From: an uncultured Rhodothermales bacterium | Lineage (GTDB): Bacteria > Bacteroidota > Rhodothermia > Rhodothermales > VXPQ01 | Assembly: GCA_964640145.1 (NCBI GenBank) | Contig: CAZXHQ010000002.1 | Span: forward strand, 1,660-29,298 | DNA: 27,639 nucleotides | Reading direction: 5' to 3' | Shown: piece by piece, positions 1 through 8,955 of the stretch | Position numbering within the stretch: position 1 is the first letter of the stretch | Layout: each line of letters opens with the position of its first letter | Program-made: the position numbers and the translations under genes | Notes under the pieces: model-generated | The model's database searches: none | What the model was told of the DNA's origin: nothing | Seen by the model: only the letters and a program-made list of their open reading frames with translations

Positions 1-454
1 AGAACGCGACGAGACGATCTTTCCGCGCTACTTCATCGAGGCGCTCCGGAGCGTGGACGCCGATCTGGACAAGAACGGCGGTGTTTCCGTCCATGAGATC
101 TTCAGCTACGCCGCGCAGGAGACGGCACGTTTTTTCGAGGAGGCCGGTCAGCTCGCTACGGAGCATCCCCAGATGGACGACGACGGTGACGGCTCCGCTT
201 CCCGCCTCGAGGAGCTCGACGCCGGCGGGGACGGACATCTGGCGTCCCTCCTGTACGTGAAGCCGCGGACCGATCTCGCCTCGGTAAGCGAGGAGGCGCG
301 GCCGCTGCTGAGGGAAAAGGAGACGCTCGAACGTTCGATCGCAGATCTCAAGCGCCGTAAAGGCGCCATGGACGAGGACGCCTATTACGCTGAGCTCGAA
401 GATCTTTTCGTGCAGCTCGCGCGGATTAACGACAGGATGGAGGCATCGCAGTAA
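1..454 (+). CDS. Partial CDS (C-terminal fragment, 5' end outside the window). Acidic hypothetical protein with a coiled-coil-like C-terminus.
   Basis: The frame is open from base 2 to the TAA at 452-454, with no stop upstream, so the gene begins before the window. Codon usage is GC3-rich like the neighbours. The product is Asp/Glu-rich (QMDDDGDGSASRLEELDAGGDG) with a heptad-like tail (LERSIADLKRRKGAMDEDAYYAELEDLFVQLARINDRM). I recognise no family. Confidence 0.45.
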   Translation, partial: ERDETIFPRYFIEALRSVDADLDKNGGVSVHEIFSYAAQETARFFEEAGQLATEHPQMDDDGDGSASRLEELDAGGDGHLASLLYVKPRTDLASVSEEARPLLREKETLERSIADLKRRKGAMDEDAYYAELEDLFVQLARINDRMEASQ

Positions 455-723
455 GTGGCCTTCACGGCCTTCGACGCCGCGCCGCGCCTCATGATCGATT
501 ACCGCCAGCCCTTCATTCTTGTGCCGTACAGGAGCCGCGCCGCTCGCTGCATGCCGCCCGTCCCCGGGCCGGCTCTCCGCCGAACGCAGTAGACGAAAAT
601 TTTGTAGTTTCTCGGTACGCCGAGCGAGGGCCGGCCGTAGATTCATCGTTGGATGCTCCGCTCCACAGCGCGCCGTCCTCGGATCTCAGCACCACAGACA
701 TCAGATCAGACACGGGTAACACC

Positions 724-1716
724 ATGGACGACAAGAAGCCGGACCTGCGCATCGAGGACATGTCCCGTCGCCGATTTCTCGGCACGGCCGCCGCCGCCGC
801 CTGGGCGATCACGCCGGGGGCGCTCCAGAGCCGGCCGCTGCAGGGAGTGCGCGACATCGAAGGCGTGCAGGTAGGCGCGATCTCATACAGCTTTCGATCG
901 CTGCCGAGCTCGGCCGAAGAAATTCTGAAATACCTGCTGCAGACCGGGATGACGACCGTCGAGCTGATGGGCGGCCCTGCCGAGGCGTTCGCGGGTGCGC
1001 CGGAGCCTCCCGCGCGACCCGGGCGCCGCCCCTCCGAGATGAGCGACGATGAGCTGGCGGCCTTTCACCAGGCGCGCGACGACTATGCGGAGGAGGCGCG
1101 CAGGTGGCGGGCCGGCGCGCCGATGGATCGCTACGGCGCGCTCGGTCAGCTGTACAGGGATGAAGGCGTCGACATCGACATCTTGAAGCTCGGAAGTGCG
1201 GACTGGAGCGACGAAGAGATCGATTACGCGTTCGAGGCCGCCCGTGCGGTGGGCGCACGCGGCATTTCGCTGGAGATTTCCGACGAAGCGGCCCGGCGCA
1301 TGGGGCCGTTCGCGTCGCAGCACGAGATGTACGTTGCCATGCACAACCATACACAGGTCGGCGACGAAGGCTTCAGCTTCGATGGGCCGCTGTCCTACTC
1401 GCCCTACAATATGATCAACCTCGACGTGGGACATTACGTGGCCGGGACAGACGAGTCACCGATCCCGGTCATTCGACAATATCACGACCGCATCACCCAC
1501 CTCCATCTCAAGGACCGGAAGAAAGGCAGCAGCGGGGGCGACAACGTGCCCTGGGGCCAGGGGGATACGCCGCTTGGTGAGGTCCTTCGCCTGCTGCGAG
1601 ACGAGGAATATCCGATCACGGCGATGATCGAGCTCGAATACCCCATCCCGGCGGACTCGGACGTGCTGACCGAGATGGCCAGATGCGTGGATTTCTGCCG
1701 TCAGGCGCTCTCGTAG
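724..1716 (+). CDS. Tat-exported sugar phosphate isomerase/epimerase-like protein (xylose isomerase-like TIM barrel superfamily).
   Basis: ATG at 724 is followed by a twin-arginine signal (MSRRRFLGTAAAAAWAITPGA). Downstream motifs (EISDEAARRMG, MHNHTQ, HLHLKD, ELEYP) are typical of the AP-endonuclease-2/xylose-isomerase-like TIM-barrel fold. GC3 is high. The ORF-track start at 649 is less likely because the signal peptide would then be internal. Confidence 0.6.
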   Translation: MDDKKPDLRIEDMSRRRFLGTAAAAAWAITPGALQSRPLQGVRDIEGVQVGAISYSFRSLPSSAEEILKYLLQTGMTTVELMGGPAEAFAGAPEPPARPGRRPSEMSDDELAAFHQARDDYAEEARRWRAGAPMDRYGALGQLYRDEGVDIDILKLGSADWSDEEIDYAFEAARAVGARGISLEISDEAARRMGPFASQHEMYVAMHNHTQVGDEGFSFDGPLSYSPYNMINLDVGHYVAGTDESPIPVIRQYHDRITHLHLKDRKKGSSGGDNVPWGQGDTPLGEVLRLLRDEEYPITAMIELEYPIPADSDVLTEMARCVDFCRQALS

Positions 1717-1760
1717 CGCACGCTGCTCACGCGCGCCGCTCATTTGTCAGCGTTCGCGGT

Positions 1761-1808
1761 ACACCGATCACACAGTATACCGATCAATCACTATACCGAG
1801 GACCTGCG
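1761..1808 (+). promoter_or_regulatory. Three direct repeats with 16-bp periodicity, ~80-120 bp upstream of the antiporter gene. Candidate operator or transcription-factor array.
   Basis: The repeats are ACACCGATCAcacagt / ATACCGATCAatcact / ATACCGAGgacctg, with copies starting at 1761, 1777 and 1793. The local sequence is AT-richer than the flanks. Confidence 0.3.
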
Positions 1809-1878
1809 CCTCATAGTTTGCTGCACCGCTAAGTGCGCGGCCGGCTCTCCGGTATGTTTCGAGCTCCGGGCTAGCTAG

Positions 1879-2946
1879 ATGATCTATTTATTGTTTGCTG
1901 CCGGCGTCGTGCTGCTCATCGGCGGTGCGGAGGCGCTCGTGCGCGGCGCCTCGCGCCTGGCCTCCGCGATCGGCATTCCCACCCTGATCGTAGGGCTTAC
2001 GGTCGTGGCCTTCGGCACGAGTTCGCCGGAGTTTGCCGTGAGCCTGAAGGCGGTCTTCGCGGATCAGGCGAGCGTCGCCGTCGGCAATATCATCGGGAGC
2101 AACATTTTCAATGTGCTCCTCATTCTCGGTCTTTCCGCCATCGTGGCACCGCTGACCGTGTCGCAGCAGCTCGTTCGATTCGAGGTGCCGCTGATGATCG
2201 GGCTGTCGGCCGTGGTCCTCGTGCTCGGTCTGGACCTCGAATTCGGACGCCTGGACGGGATGCTGCTCTTTGCCGGGCTCATCGGCTATTTAACCTATCT
2301 GATCGTCCAGCACCAGAGGTCCGGCAAAGCACCCCGTCACGAATCCGTGCCGGACGGCCGGTCGGGCTGGGCGTGGAATGTCGGACTGGTCGTCGGCGGG
2401 TTGGGTCTCTTGATCCTGGGGTCGAGATGGCTCGTCGACAGCGCCGTCGAGATCGCCACGCAGCTGGGCGTGAGCGAGCTGGTGATCGGATTGACGATCA
2501 TCGCTGCGGGCACGTCCCTTCCCGAGGTCGTGACGTCCGTTATTGCCACGATGCGCGGCGAGCGCGATATCGCCGTAGGCAACGTGGTCGGGAGCAATCT
2601 CTTCAATTTGATGGGCGTGCTGGGCCTTGCCGGTATGCTAGCGCCGGAGGGCATACGGATCTTGCCGGCCGTCACGACCTTCGACCTGCCCGTGATGGTC
2701 GCCGCTGCGTTTGCCTGCCTGCCTATTTTCTTTACGGGGGGCGTCATCTCGCGGTGGGAGGGGGCGGTGCTGGTCGGATATTACGCCGCCTATACCCTCT
2801 ATCTCGTCTTCGCTGCGACGGCGCACGACGCGCTCGATACCTTCGGCGCGACCATGTTGTATTTCGTGATCCCGCTCACCGTGGTGACGCTGGGCGTACT
2901 CGTCTACCGTGCCGTCCGCGGCGGGACGGACCCCGGAGCTGTATAG
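1879..2946 (+). CDS. CaCA family sodium/calcium (cation):proton antiporter, YrbG-like.
   Basis: 355-aa polytopic membrane protein with the two characteristic alpha-repeat motifs (GTSSPEF...GNIIGSNIFNVLLILG and GTSLPEVVTSV...GNVVGSNLFNLMGVLG). The ATG at 1879 follows an AT-rich leader. Confidence 0.85.
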   Translation: MIYLLFAAGVVLLIGGAEALVRGASRLASAIGIPTLIVGLTVVAFGTSSPEFAVSLKAVFADQASVAVGNIIGSNIFNVLLILGLSAIVAPLTVSQQLVRFEVPLMIGLSAVVLVLGLDLEFGRLDGMLLFAGLIGYLTYLIVQHQRSGKAPRHESVPDGRSGWAWNVGLVVGGLGLLILGSRWLVDSAVEIATQLGVSELVIGLTIIAAGTSLPEVVTSVIATMRGERDIAVGNVVGSNLFNLMGVLGLAGMLAPEGIRILPAVTTFDLPVMVAAAFACLPIFFTGGVISRWEGAVLVGYYAAYTLYLVFAATAHDALDTFGATMLYFVIPLTVVTLGVLVYRAVRGGTDPGAV

Positions 2947-3050
2947 ATGAACGAGCGGTACGGCGGCTCGCTACGACGGCCTCGGGCACGTCCGGCCCGT
3001 GGACGTCAGCGCCGCAGCATCTGGCCGAGCATCTCCACGACAGGCAACCT

Positions 3051-3090
3051 GTGCACTTCGTGACGGGTGCGTGCACCTGGTGAACGGTGC
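3051..3090 (+). repeat. Tandem imperfect 20-bp direct repeat, 66 bp upstream of the outer-membrane receptor gene. Candidate regulator binding site.
   Basis: GTGCACTTCGTGACGGGTGC (3051-3070) and GTGCACCTGGTGAACGGTGC (3071-3090) match at 16/20 positions. Each unit contains the GTGCAC palindrome. Confidence 0.35.
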
Positions 3091-3156
3091 GCGACCCTTC
3101 TTGCTGGACGCGTATTGAAGGTAGAAACGTGTTCAGAAACAGATGCGACGCCGCTC

Positions 3157-5610
3157 ATGACCTTTCGACACCGGTTCTTGCTCTCGACCGTCGCGGCCAT
3201 CCTTCTTGCATGTCCGCTGACCGTTGAAGCCCAGGACGCCGTCAACGGATCGATCTCGGGCCGCGTCATCGACGACGAGACGGGCGAGCCCCTCTCCGGC
3301 GCGACCGTGGGGGTTCACCTCATGAGCGACTCCACGCTCGTTACGGGCGCTGCGGTGACCGCGGAGGGCAGCTTCCAGCTTGGAGGGCTGCCGGCGGACC
3401 TTTACTACGTTCGCGTCAGCTTCGTCGGATACGCTTCCAGATACGTGGACGATATCCGGATCGACGAGGGAAGCCGCGACGTCGATCTGGGACGCATCGG
3501 CGTCGTGCCGGAGACGACGCAGCTGGACGAGCTCGAGGTCTCCGCTGAGCGCGAGTACGTAGAATTCGGCATCGACCGGACGATCTACAACACGCAGGAT
3601 CAGCCCGTAAACATGGGCGGATCCAGCCTGGAGGTGCTCGAAAACATACCCTCGATCGAGGTCGATATCGACGGCAACCTCAGCCTCCGGGGCAATCAAA
3701 GCGTGAGCGTGTACCTCAATGGAAAACCCGCCCCAATGGACGGCGAGGCGCTGACGAGCTTTCTGCGCGGCCTCGCGGCCGCGGACATCGAACGCGTCGA
3801 GGTGATTCCCAATCCGTCCGCGCGCTTCGAACCGGAAGGCTCGAGCGGGATCCTGAACATCGAGCTGAAACGTGATCGAGGGATCGGGTGGGGCGGCGGC
3901 GCGAACGCCAGTGCCAATACACGAGGGCGTATGGGTGCGTCGGTCAACGGTCACTACGGCACCGGCGGCTTGAATATCTTTGCCAATTACGGCATGCGCT
4001 ACAGCAGGTGGGACCGGTCGGGCTGGCGCTACCGTGAGAACCGGTTCCTCGATCCCCTGACGATCCTGGAACAGGACATGTGGAATGAGTCCGATGGACT
4101 CTCCCACAGTTTCAATACGTCGATGGAATACAGCGTAGCCGACAATTCTACCCTCTCCATGTCTGCAGTCCTGAGCCGGAGGACAGGCGGTGGAGAGGAA
4201 CTCGATGAGTACGTCGAGTTCGATGCCGACAGAGATCCGACCAGTCGGTATACGCGCAACACGGACGAATCGGACGCGCGGTTCGGGATGGATTATCGGC
4301 TCGACTTCAAACACGTCTTTACGCCGCGTACGCACGAGCTGAACGTCGAAGCCCGATACGAAGACGATCGTGACTTGGAAGAGCAGCAGTTTTTGCAGAC
4401 GCTAATACCGACGAATACGCCGGATGCGCCGGGAACCATCGGCGAGCGGCAGACGGTCGACGAGTTCGAACGCGAGCGTGAGCTGTCGTTCGACCTCGAC
4501 TACGTGCGTCCGATCTCCGATAAGATCAGCGCCGAGCTAGGCCTGGAGACCGACCTGGAGGGGGTGAACAACCGCTTCTTCTCGGAAAGCCTGAACGAGA
4601 ACGGTGAATTTACCCCCGACCTCGATCTGAACAACCGGTTCGTCTATGCGGAACAGCAGTACACGGCCTACAGCGTCGTCTCGGCCGACCTCGGCCGGTT
4701 CGGCGCCCAGGTCGGCCTTCGCCTCGAGCGCGCCGTCACGGATTTCGATCTGCGGACCACCTCCGAGACGTTCAACAATGCCTATACCAGCCTCTTTCCA
4801 AGCGTCCATGTCTCCTACGAGCCTACTCAGGGGACTTCCATTAAGGCCGCCTATTCGAAGCGCGTGCGCCGGCCCAACGAGTGGCAGCTCAATCCGTTCG
4901 GGGATTATGCCAACCCCACCTCTCGCCGCATGGGCAATCCCTATCTGACGCCGGAATACACGCACAGCACGGAACTGTCGTTCGTGCGCCTCGGAGAGAA
5001 GTACACCGTTACCGTAACGCCCTACTTCCGCTATACGGTCGACGAGATCGAGTGGCGTGAGCGCATTACCGACGAGGGCGTCTCCATCCTCACGTTCGAG
5101 AACTTCGCCACGGGCACGTCGTGGGGAACCGAGTTCATCACGTCGCTCACGCTGGGCCGCTGGCTGAAGGGAGAGCTCAGTACGAACGTCTTCAAGCAGG
5201 TCACCGAAGCGGGCGATCTGTCGGCCGAGCTGTCTAACGATGCCGTCGGCTTCCGGTCGCGGCTTTCAGGTACCGTCGACATGTTCAACGGCCTGCGGAT
5301 GCAGCTTTCGCAGCGATACTCCTCGCCGCGGGACATCCCGGGCGGGCGCATATCCGCGCGCACGAGGACGGATATCGCGCTCCGGCGCGCCTGGATGAAC
5401 GATCGTCTGAGCATCGGCCTGCGCGTACGCGACATCTTCGGCGATTCGGGGAATCTTATCCAGCGCGACATGGACCGCTACTACCAGGAGCTGTTTCGCG
5501 ACCGCCAGGACCGCAGCCTGCAGCTATCGCTGCGGTACACCCTGCCCGGAAGCAGCTCCAACGACGGGGGCAATCGACGCGGCGGCGGATATCGCGGTCC
5601 CCGGCGCTAA
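3157..5610 (+). CDS. Outer-membrane beta-barrel receptor (TonB-dependent-receptor-like) with an N-terminal carboxypeptidase-regulatory-like domain.
   Basis: Signal peptide MTFRHRFLLSTVAAILLACPLTVEAQD. An N-terminal GSISGRVIDDETGEPLSGATVGV (CarbopepD_reg-like) is followed by a plug-like region and a long beta-rich C-terminus ending in an aromatic-rich barrel terminus. The size is 817 aa. This architecture is typical of Bacteroidetes, Rhodothermaeota and Gemmatimonadetes OM receptors. Confidence 0.8.
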   Translation: MTFRHRFLLSTVAAILLACPLTVEAQDAVNGSISGRVIDDETGEPLSGATVGVHLMSDSTLVTGAAVTAEGSFQLGGLPADLYYVRVSFVGYASRYVDDIRIDEGSRDVDLGRIGVVPETTQLDELEVSAEREYVEFGIDRTIYNTQDQPVNMGGSSLEVLENIPSIEVDIDGNLSLRGNQSVSVYLNGKPAPMDGEALTSFLRGLAAADIERVEVIPNPSARFEPEGSSGILNIELKRDRGIGWGGGANASANTRGRMGASVNGHYGTGGLNIFANYGMRYSRWDRSGWRYRENRFLDPLTILEQDMWNESDGLSHSFNTSMEYSVADNSTLSMSAVLSRRTGGGEELDEYVEFDADRDPTSRYTRNTDESDARFGMDYRLDFKHVFTPRTHELNVEARYEDDRDLEEQQFLQTLIPTNTPDAPGTIGERQTVDEFERERELSFDLDYVRPISDKISAELGLETDLEGVNNRFFSESLNENGEFTPDLDLNNRFVYAEQQYTAYSVVSADLGRFGAQVGLRLERAVTDFDLRTTSETFNNAYTSLFPSVHVSYEPTQGTSIKAAYSKRVRRPNEWQLNPFGDYANPTSRRMGNPYLTPEYTHSTELSFVRLGEKYTVTVTPYFRYTVDEIEWRERITDEGVSILTFENFATGTSWGTEFITSLTLGRWLKGELSTNVFKQVTEAGDLSAELSNDAVGFRSRLSGTVDMFNGLRMQLSQRYSSPRDIPGGRISARTRTDIALRRAWMNDRLSIGLRVRDIFGDSGNLIQRDMDRYYQELFRDRQDRSLQLSLRYTLPGSSSNDGGNRRGGGYRGPRR

Positions 5611-5853
5611 GTACTCAGTCAGGACGCGTCAGCCCATCGATCCGCGCCGCGTCGATTTCCACGAAATCACGCGGCGCTCCTGTTCGCCGGCGTCTTCAGG
5701 CAGACCGACCTCGCTGAGCTGCTTCTCGAACGAGGAGCGGATCGGCCTGCCTGTGCGACCCTCACGAAGCTATAGAGCAGGGCCGACGCGTTTTCTTTAT
5801 CTTACGCGAGTGGTTCGTCGCATCCGAGCTCTACCGGTTCCCGATCGCTCCCC

Positions 5854-6441
5854 GTGGATACGCTCTATCTCATAGCTCTTTTCGTAGGCGGCTTCTTCGT
5901 GCTGCTTTCGATCTTCGGCGGCCTGGATGGCGATGCGGCCGCCGAGATCGACATCGAGGTCGATTACGACGTGGAGGCCGATGCTGATGTCGATGCAGGT
6001 GGCGATGCCGCAGCCGACTCCGTCGACGCCCGATCGGGACTTGTCGATCTCTATTCAGTACGGGCCTTGTTCCTGTTCGCGGCATTTTTCGGCCTGACCG
6101 GCGTAGCACTTTCTTTTCTGGATGTAGGTGAGCCGTGGACGAGCCTGTGCGCTACGCTCGTCGGCCTTCTGGTTGGCCTGGGTGGCAACTACGTCATACA
6201 GCGCGTCGGGTACGCTCACGTCTCGAGCGACATCTCTTCACAGGATCTGAAGGGACTCACCGCAAGGGTGTTGATCCCATTCGAAGGTCCGCAGAAGGGA
6301 AAAATAGGCCTGATCACTCGCGGGCATCGCCTGCAGCTCGTGGCAAGAGGCTTTGAGGAGATCGGAGCCTTTTCATCTGGCGACGAAGTCGTGATCGTGC
6401 GCATGAGGGGTGCGATCGCAGAGGTCGTCAAGCCGGACTAA
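5854..6441 (+). CDS. NfeD/YqiJ-like membrane protein (partner of flotillin).
   Basis: GTG start. There are two N-terminal TM helices, a very acidic linker (DGDAAAEIDIEVDYDVEADADVDAGGDAAADSVDA), two more TM helices and a C-terminal OB-fold-like beta region (GLTARVLIPFEGPQKGKIGLITRGHRLQLVARG...VVIVRMRGAIAEV). It lies immediately upstream of a flotillin gene, as in yqiJ-yqiK. Confidence 0.7.
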   Translation: MDTLYLIALFVGGFFVLLSIFGGLDGDAAAEIDIEVDYDVEADADVDAGGDAAADSVDARSGLVDLYSVRALFLFAAFFGLTGVALSFLDVGEPWTSLCATLVGLLVGLGGNYVIQRVGYAHVSSDISSQDLKGLTARVLIPFEGPQKGKIGLITRGHRLQLVARGFEEIGAFSSGDEVVIVRMRGAIAEVVKPD

Positions 6442-6511
6442 TCCCCGGACATGCAGTCAACGTTCATTCCGTTCGGAGCCCGAGGGCCTCGAACCCAGAC
6501 CGAGGTCAGTC

Positions 6512-7807
6512 ATGGTAGCCCCCGTGATCGCCGCCATTCTCATTCTTGCTATCCTGACGGTGCTCGGGATCGTGCGGGCCAACCTGAAGATCTGCCAGCC
6601 CAACGAAGTCCTTATCTTCAGCGGACGCCATCGCGCCTTGCCCGAGGGCGGGTCGCTTGGGTATCGTGTCATTCGCGGCGGACGAGGCTTTCGCATTCCG
6701 ATCCTCGAGGCGGTGGATCGACTCTCGCTCAACACGATTCCTATCGATCTGACCGTCAGCAATGCCTATTCGAAGGGGGGCATCCCATTGTCGGTGCGTG
6801 CGATCGCCAACGTCAAGGTCGCGTCCAGCGAGCCGGAGCTCAACAACGCCGTCGAGCGTCTGCTGGGCAAGACGCTCGACGAGATTCAACTCATCGCGAA
6901 GGAAACGCTGGAGGGTAATCTCCGCGGCGTCGTCGCGCTGCTTTCCCCGGAAGAAGTGAATGAGGATCGACTCAAGTTTGCGCGCGAGCTCGTTGAAGAG
7001 GCCGACAACGATTTGTCGTCGCTCGGTCTTCAGCTGGACACATTCAAGATCCAGAGCGTCGAGGACGATCGCGGGTACCTGAACGCCATCGGCCGGCAGC
7101 GGACGGCGCACATCATTGCTGCGGCAGAGATCGCCGAGGCGGATCGTCGCGAGGCCGCGAGGCTGGCCGAGGCGAAGGCGGAGCGGTCGATCGCCGAAGC
7201 CGAAAACGACGTTCGCATCGTGAAAGCGCGGCTCGCAGCAAAGTCCGAAGCCGAGGAAGCCAAGGTGAGTGTGGCCGCAGACGTGGCGCGGGCGCAGGCC
7301 GAGCAGGAGCTCGCCGAGCAGGAGATTGAGTTGGCCGAGAAGCGACAGCATGCCGAAGTTGTCGTCCGTGCCGAAGCGGAGCGGCGCGCCAAGGAAGAAG
7401 TCGCCAAAGGCAACGCAGCACGGATTTTGGAAGATGGCCAGGCCGAGGTGGACATTCTGAACCGGAAGCTCGCTCTATGGAAGCAGGCCGGCTCGGATGC
7501 TGAGAAGCTCTTCCTGATTCAGATGCTTCCGGACATCCTCAAAGAGGTCATCAAGACGGTCGACAACCTAAAAATCGACAAGCTTACCGTGGTCGACAGC
7601 GGACAGACCGGGCAGGGCATACCGGGCGTGTTCCATCAAATCGCGGGTGCCACGCCCGCCCTGCTTGAGAGTCTGAAGGCGACAACCGGCATCGACGTCG
7701 CCGGTGTGATCAACCGTGGCCTGGCGAAGGAGGGATCCGTCTCGAACAGCGGCTCAGACGGCGATCTCGTCGACGTGAACGTACCGCGGGGTGAGCCGGA
7801 GGAGTAG
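6512..7807 (+). CDS. Flotillin / SPFH (band 7) domain protein.
   Basis: ATG at 6512 gives an N-terminal TM helix (MVAPVIAAILILAILTVLGIV), then an SPFH domain (NEVLIFSG...RVIRGGRGFRIPILE...IPIDLTV) and a long Ala/Glu-rich coiled-coil (EAE/AEA repeats) typical of flotillins. The ORF-track start at 6410 adds an Arg/Ser-rich leader and is less likely. Confidence 0.85.
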   Translation: MVAPVIAAILILAILTVLGIVRANLKICQPNEVLIFSGRHRALPEGGSLGYRVIRGGRGFRIPILEAVDRLSLNTIPIDLTVSNAYSKGGIPLSVRAIANVKVASSEPELNNAVERLLGKTLDEIQLIAKETLEGNLRGVVALLSPEEVNEDRLKFARELVEEADNDLSSLGLQLDTFKIQSVEDDRGYLNAIGRQRTAHIIAAAEIAEADRREAARLAEAKAERSIAEAENDVRIVKARLAAKSEAEEAKVSVAADVARAQAEQELAEQEIELAEKRQHAEVVVRAEAERRAKEEVAKGNAARILEDGQAEVDILNRKLALWKQAGSDAEKLFLIQMLPDILKEVIKTVDNLKIDKLTVVDSGQTGQGIPGVFHQIAGATPALLESLKATTGIDVAGVINRGLAKEGSVSNSGSDGDLVDVNVPRGEPEE

Positions 7808-7901
7808 CACGATCGCTCGGCGCCGCGCTCTCGTGGACGCTCCGGCGGGGTCTACCGGGTTCGGTAGGCGACCGTGGCTTGCGGTCGAGCCAATCCCTAC
7901 G

Positions 7902-8741
7902 CTAGGCCGCGGGGTGTCGCACGTGCGTCACGAAAACGATGCCGCTCACGACGAGCGAGACGCCGAGAATGGTGAGCAGATCCGGAATCTCCCCGAAGAA
8001 AAGAAAGCCCCACATCGCCGCGAAGAGGATCTGAATGTAGCTGACGGACGTGGCGCGGCCGGCGGGCTCCTTGTGCAGACCGCTCGTGAGAAAGATCTGG
8101 GCGATCTGGGTAAGCACGCCGATGCCCAGCAGCAGCAGCCACTCGAGCGGCGTCGGCCAGACGGCCACGGGGGCGAGGATGGGGATGCACGCCGGAATGG
8201 AGACGAGTGGGAAATAGAAAACCACCACGAGCGGATGCTCCGACTCTCGCAGTTTGCGCACGGTCGTATACGCCACGGCGGCGAGCACCGCGCCGAGGAG
8301 CGCAGCGCTGACGGCGGTGATGTCGAGCGAATGCGCGGCCGCACCGAAGAGGACCGTCGGTTGGGCGATGAGCGTGACGCCCATGAGGCTCAGCGCGATC
8401 GAGATTACCACCTTACGGGTCAGCTTCTCCCGAATGAAGACCGCCGCCACTAACGCCGTAAAGACGGGGTTCGTGAACTGGATGGTGGTGACGTCGGCAA
8501 GCGGAAGCCGGGGGATGGCGTAGAAGAAGCAGAGCAGGCTGCCGAATCCGACGAGGCCGCGGACGGCAAGAAGGCCCTTTCGCCGGCCCCACGGCGCCAC
8601 ACGGGCGCGGCGGAGCATGATCCACGAAATGACGAGCGAGACGACGCTGCGTCCCATCACAAGCTCCGAACTCGGCAGCCGCTGTCCCGCGATCTTCACG
8701 AGCAGACTCATGAGACTGAAAAAGAACGCCGCCAGCGCCAT
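7902..8741 (-). CDS. EamA/DMT-family transporter (10-TM drug/metabolite exporter).
   Basis: The minus-strand ORF has 10 hydrophobic helices and duplicated EamA-like halves (FFSLMSLLVKIAG...; ...LLGAVLAAVAYTTVRK...). The start is placed at the ATG at 8741 (MALAAFFFSL...), just before the first TM helix. The longer 8918 start would add an Arg-rich N-terminus. Confidence 0.8.
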   Translation of the reverse strand: MALAAFFFSLMSLLVKIAGQRLPSSELVMGRSVVSLVISWIMLRRARVAPWGRRKGLLAVRGLVGFGSLLCFFYAIPRLPLADVTTIQFTNPVFTALVAAVFIREKLTRKVVISIALSLMGVTLIAQPTVLFGAAAHSLDITAVSAALLGAVLAAVAYTTVRKLRESEHPLVVVFYFPLVSIPACIPILAPVAVWPTPLEWLLLLGIGVLTQIAQIFLTSGLHKEPAGRATSVSYIQILFAAMWGFLFFGEIPDLLTILGVSLVVSGIVFVTHVRHPAA

Positions 8742-8914
8742 GTCGCGCAGCCCTTCGGGTACCGTCCCCAGCCCGCCCGCCGCGGCATCTCGAGCCTCTC
8801 GTAACCGGTCGATCGTCCGCCTCCGTGTGGATATCCAGCCAAGTAGAAAAAGAAAAAGCCGCCGGATCCGTGTGGAACGGCGGCGTGCCCGTCGTAGGGT
8901 CCTCGCGGACCACA

Positions 8915-8955
8915 ACAAACAAAAAAACAGGGGCGCCGGAGGAAGCCGGCGCCCC
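8915..8955 (-). terminator. Strong Rho-independent terminator on the minus strand.
   Basis: Perfect 10-bp GC stem GGGGCGCCGG(8930-8939) / CCGGCGCCCC(8946-8955) with a 6-nt loop. On the minus strand it is followed by UGUUUUUUUGUUUGUUG. On the plus strand the hairpin is preceded by an A-run and not followed by T, so it is unidirectional toward lower coordinates. Confidence 0.6.

Noticed and set aside
649-723. Upstream extension of the isomerase ORF to 649, and of other genes to the track's first start (6410 for flotillin, 9384 for fha, 3067 for the OM receptor, 8918 for EamA)
   Set aside because: The extensions add Arg/Ser-rich leaders ahead of obvious signal peptides, TM helices or N-terminal domains. 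Downstream ATGs give canonical N-termini.
2373-3083. 236-aa plus-strand ORF overlapping the antiporter in another frame
   Set aside because: It is an Arg-rich out-of-frame translation of a clearly membrane-protein-coding region.
3133-4335. 400-aa ORF on the minus strand
   Set aside because: It is entirely antisense to the OM receptor CDS. Its composition is Arg/Pro/Ala/Val-rich and low-complexity, typical of the reverse frame of GC3-rich genes, with no family resemblance.
5611-5853. Possible minus-strand gene remnant (…FEKQLSEVGLPEDAGEQERRVISWKSTRRG*) between the OM receptor and nfeD
   Set aside because: It is only 47 codons between stops and has no start codon at its 5' end. It may be a decayed fragment, but the evidence is insufficient.
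8413-8922. 169-aa minus-strand ORF and 7946-8344 minus ORF
   Set aside because: They are alternative frames of the EamA transporter gene. The chosen frame gives 10 TM helices.
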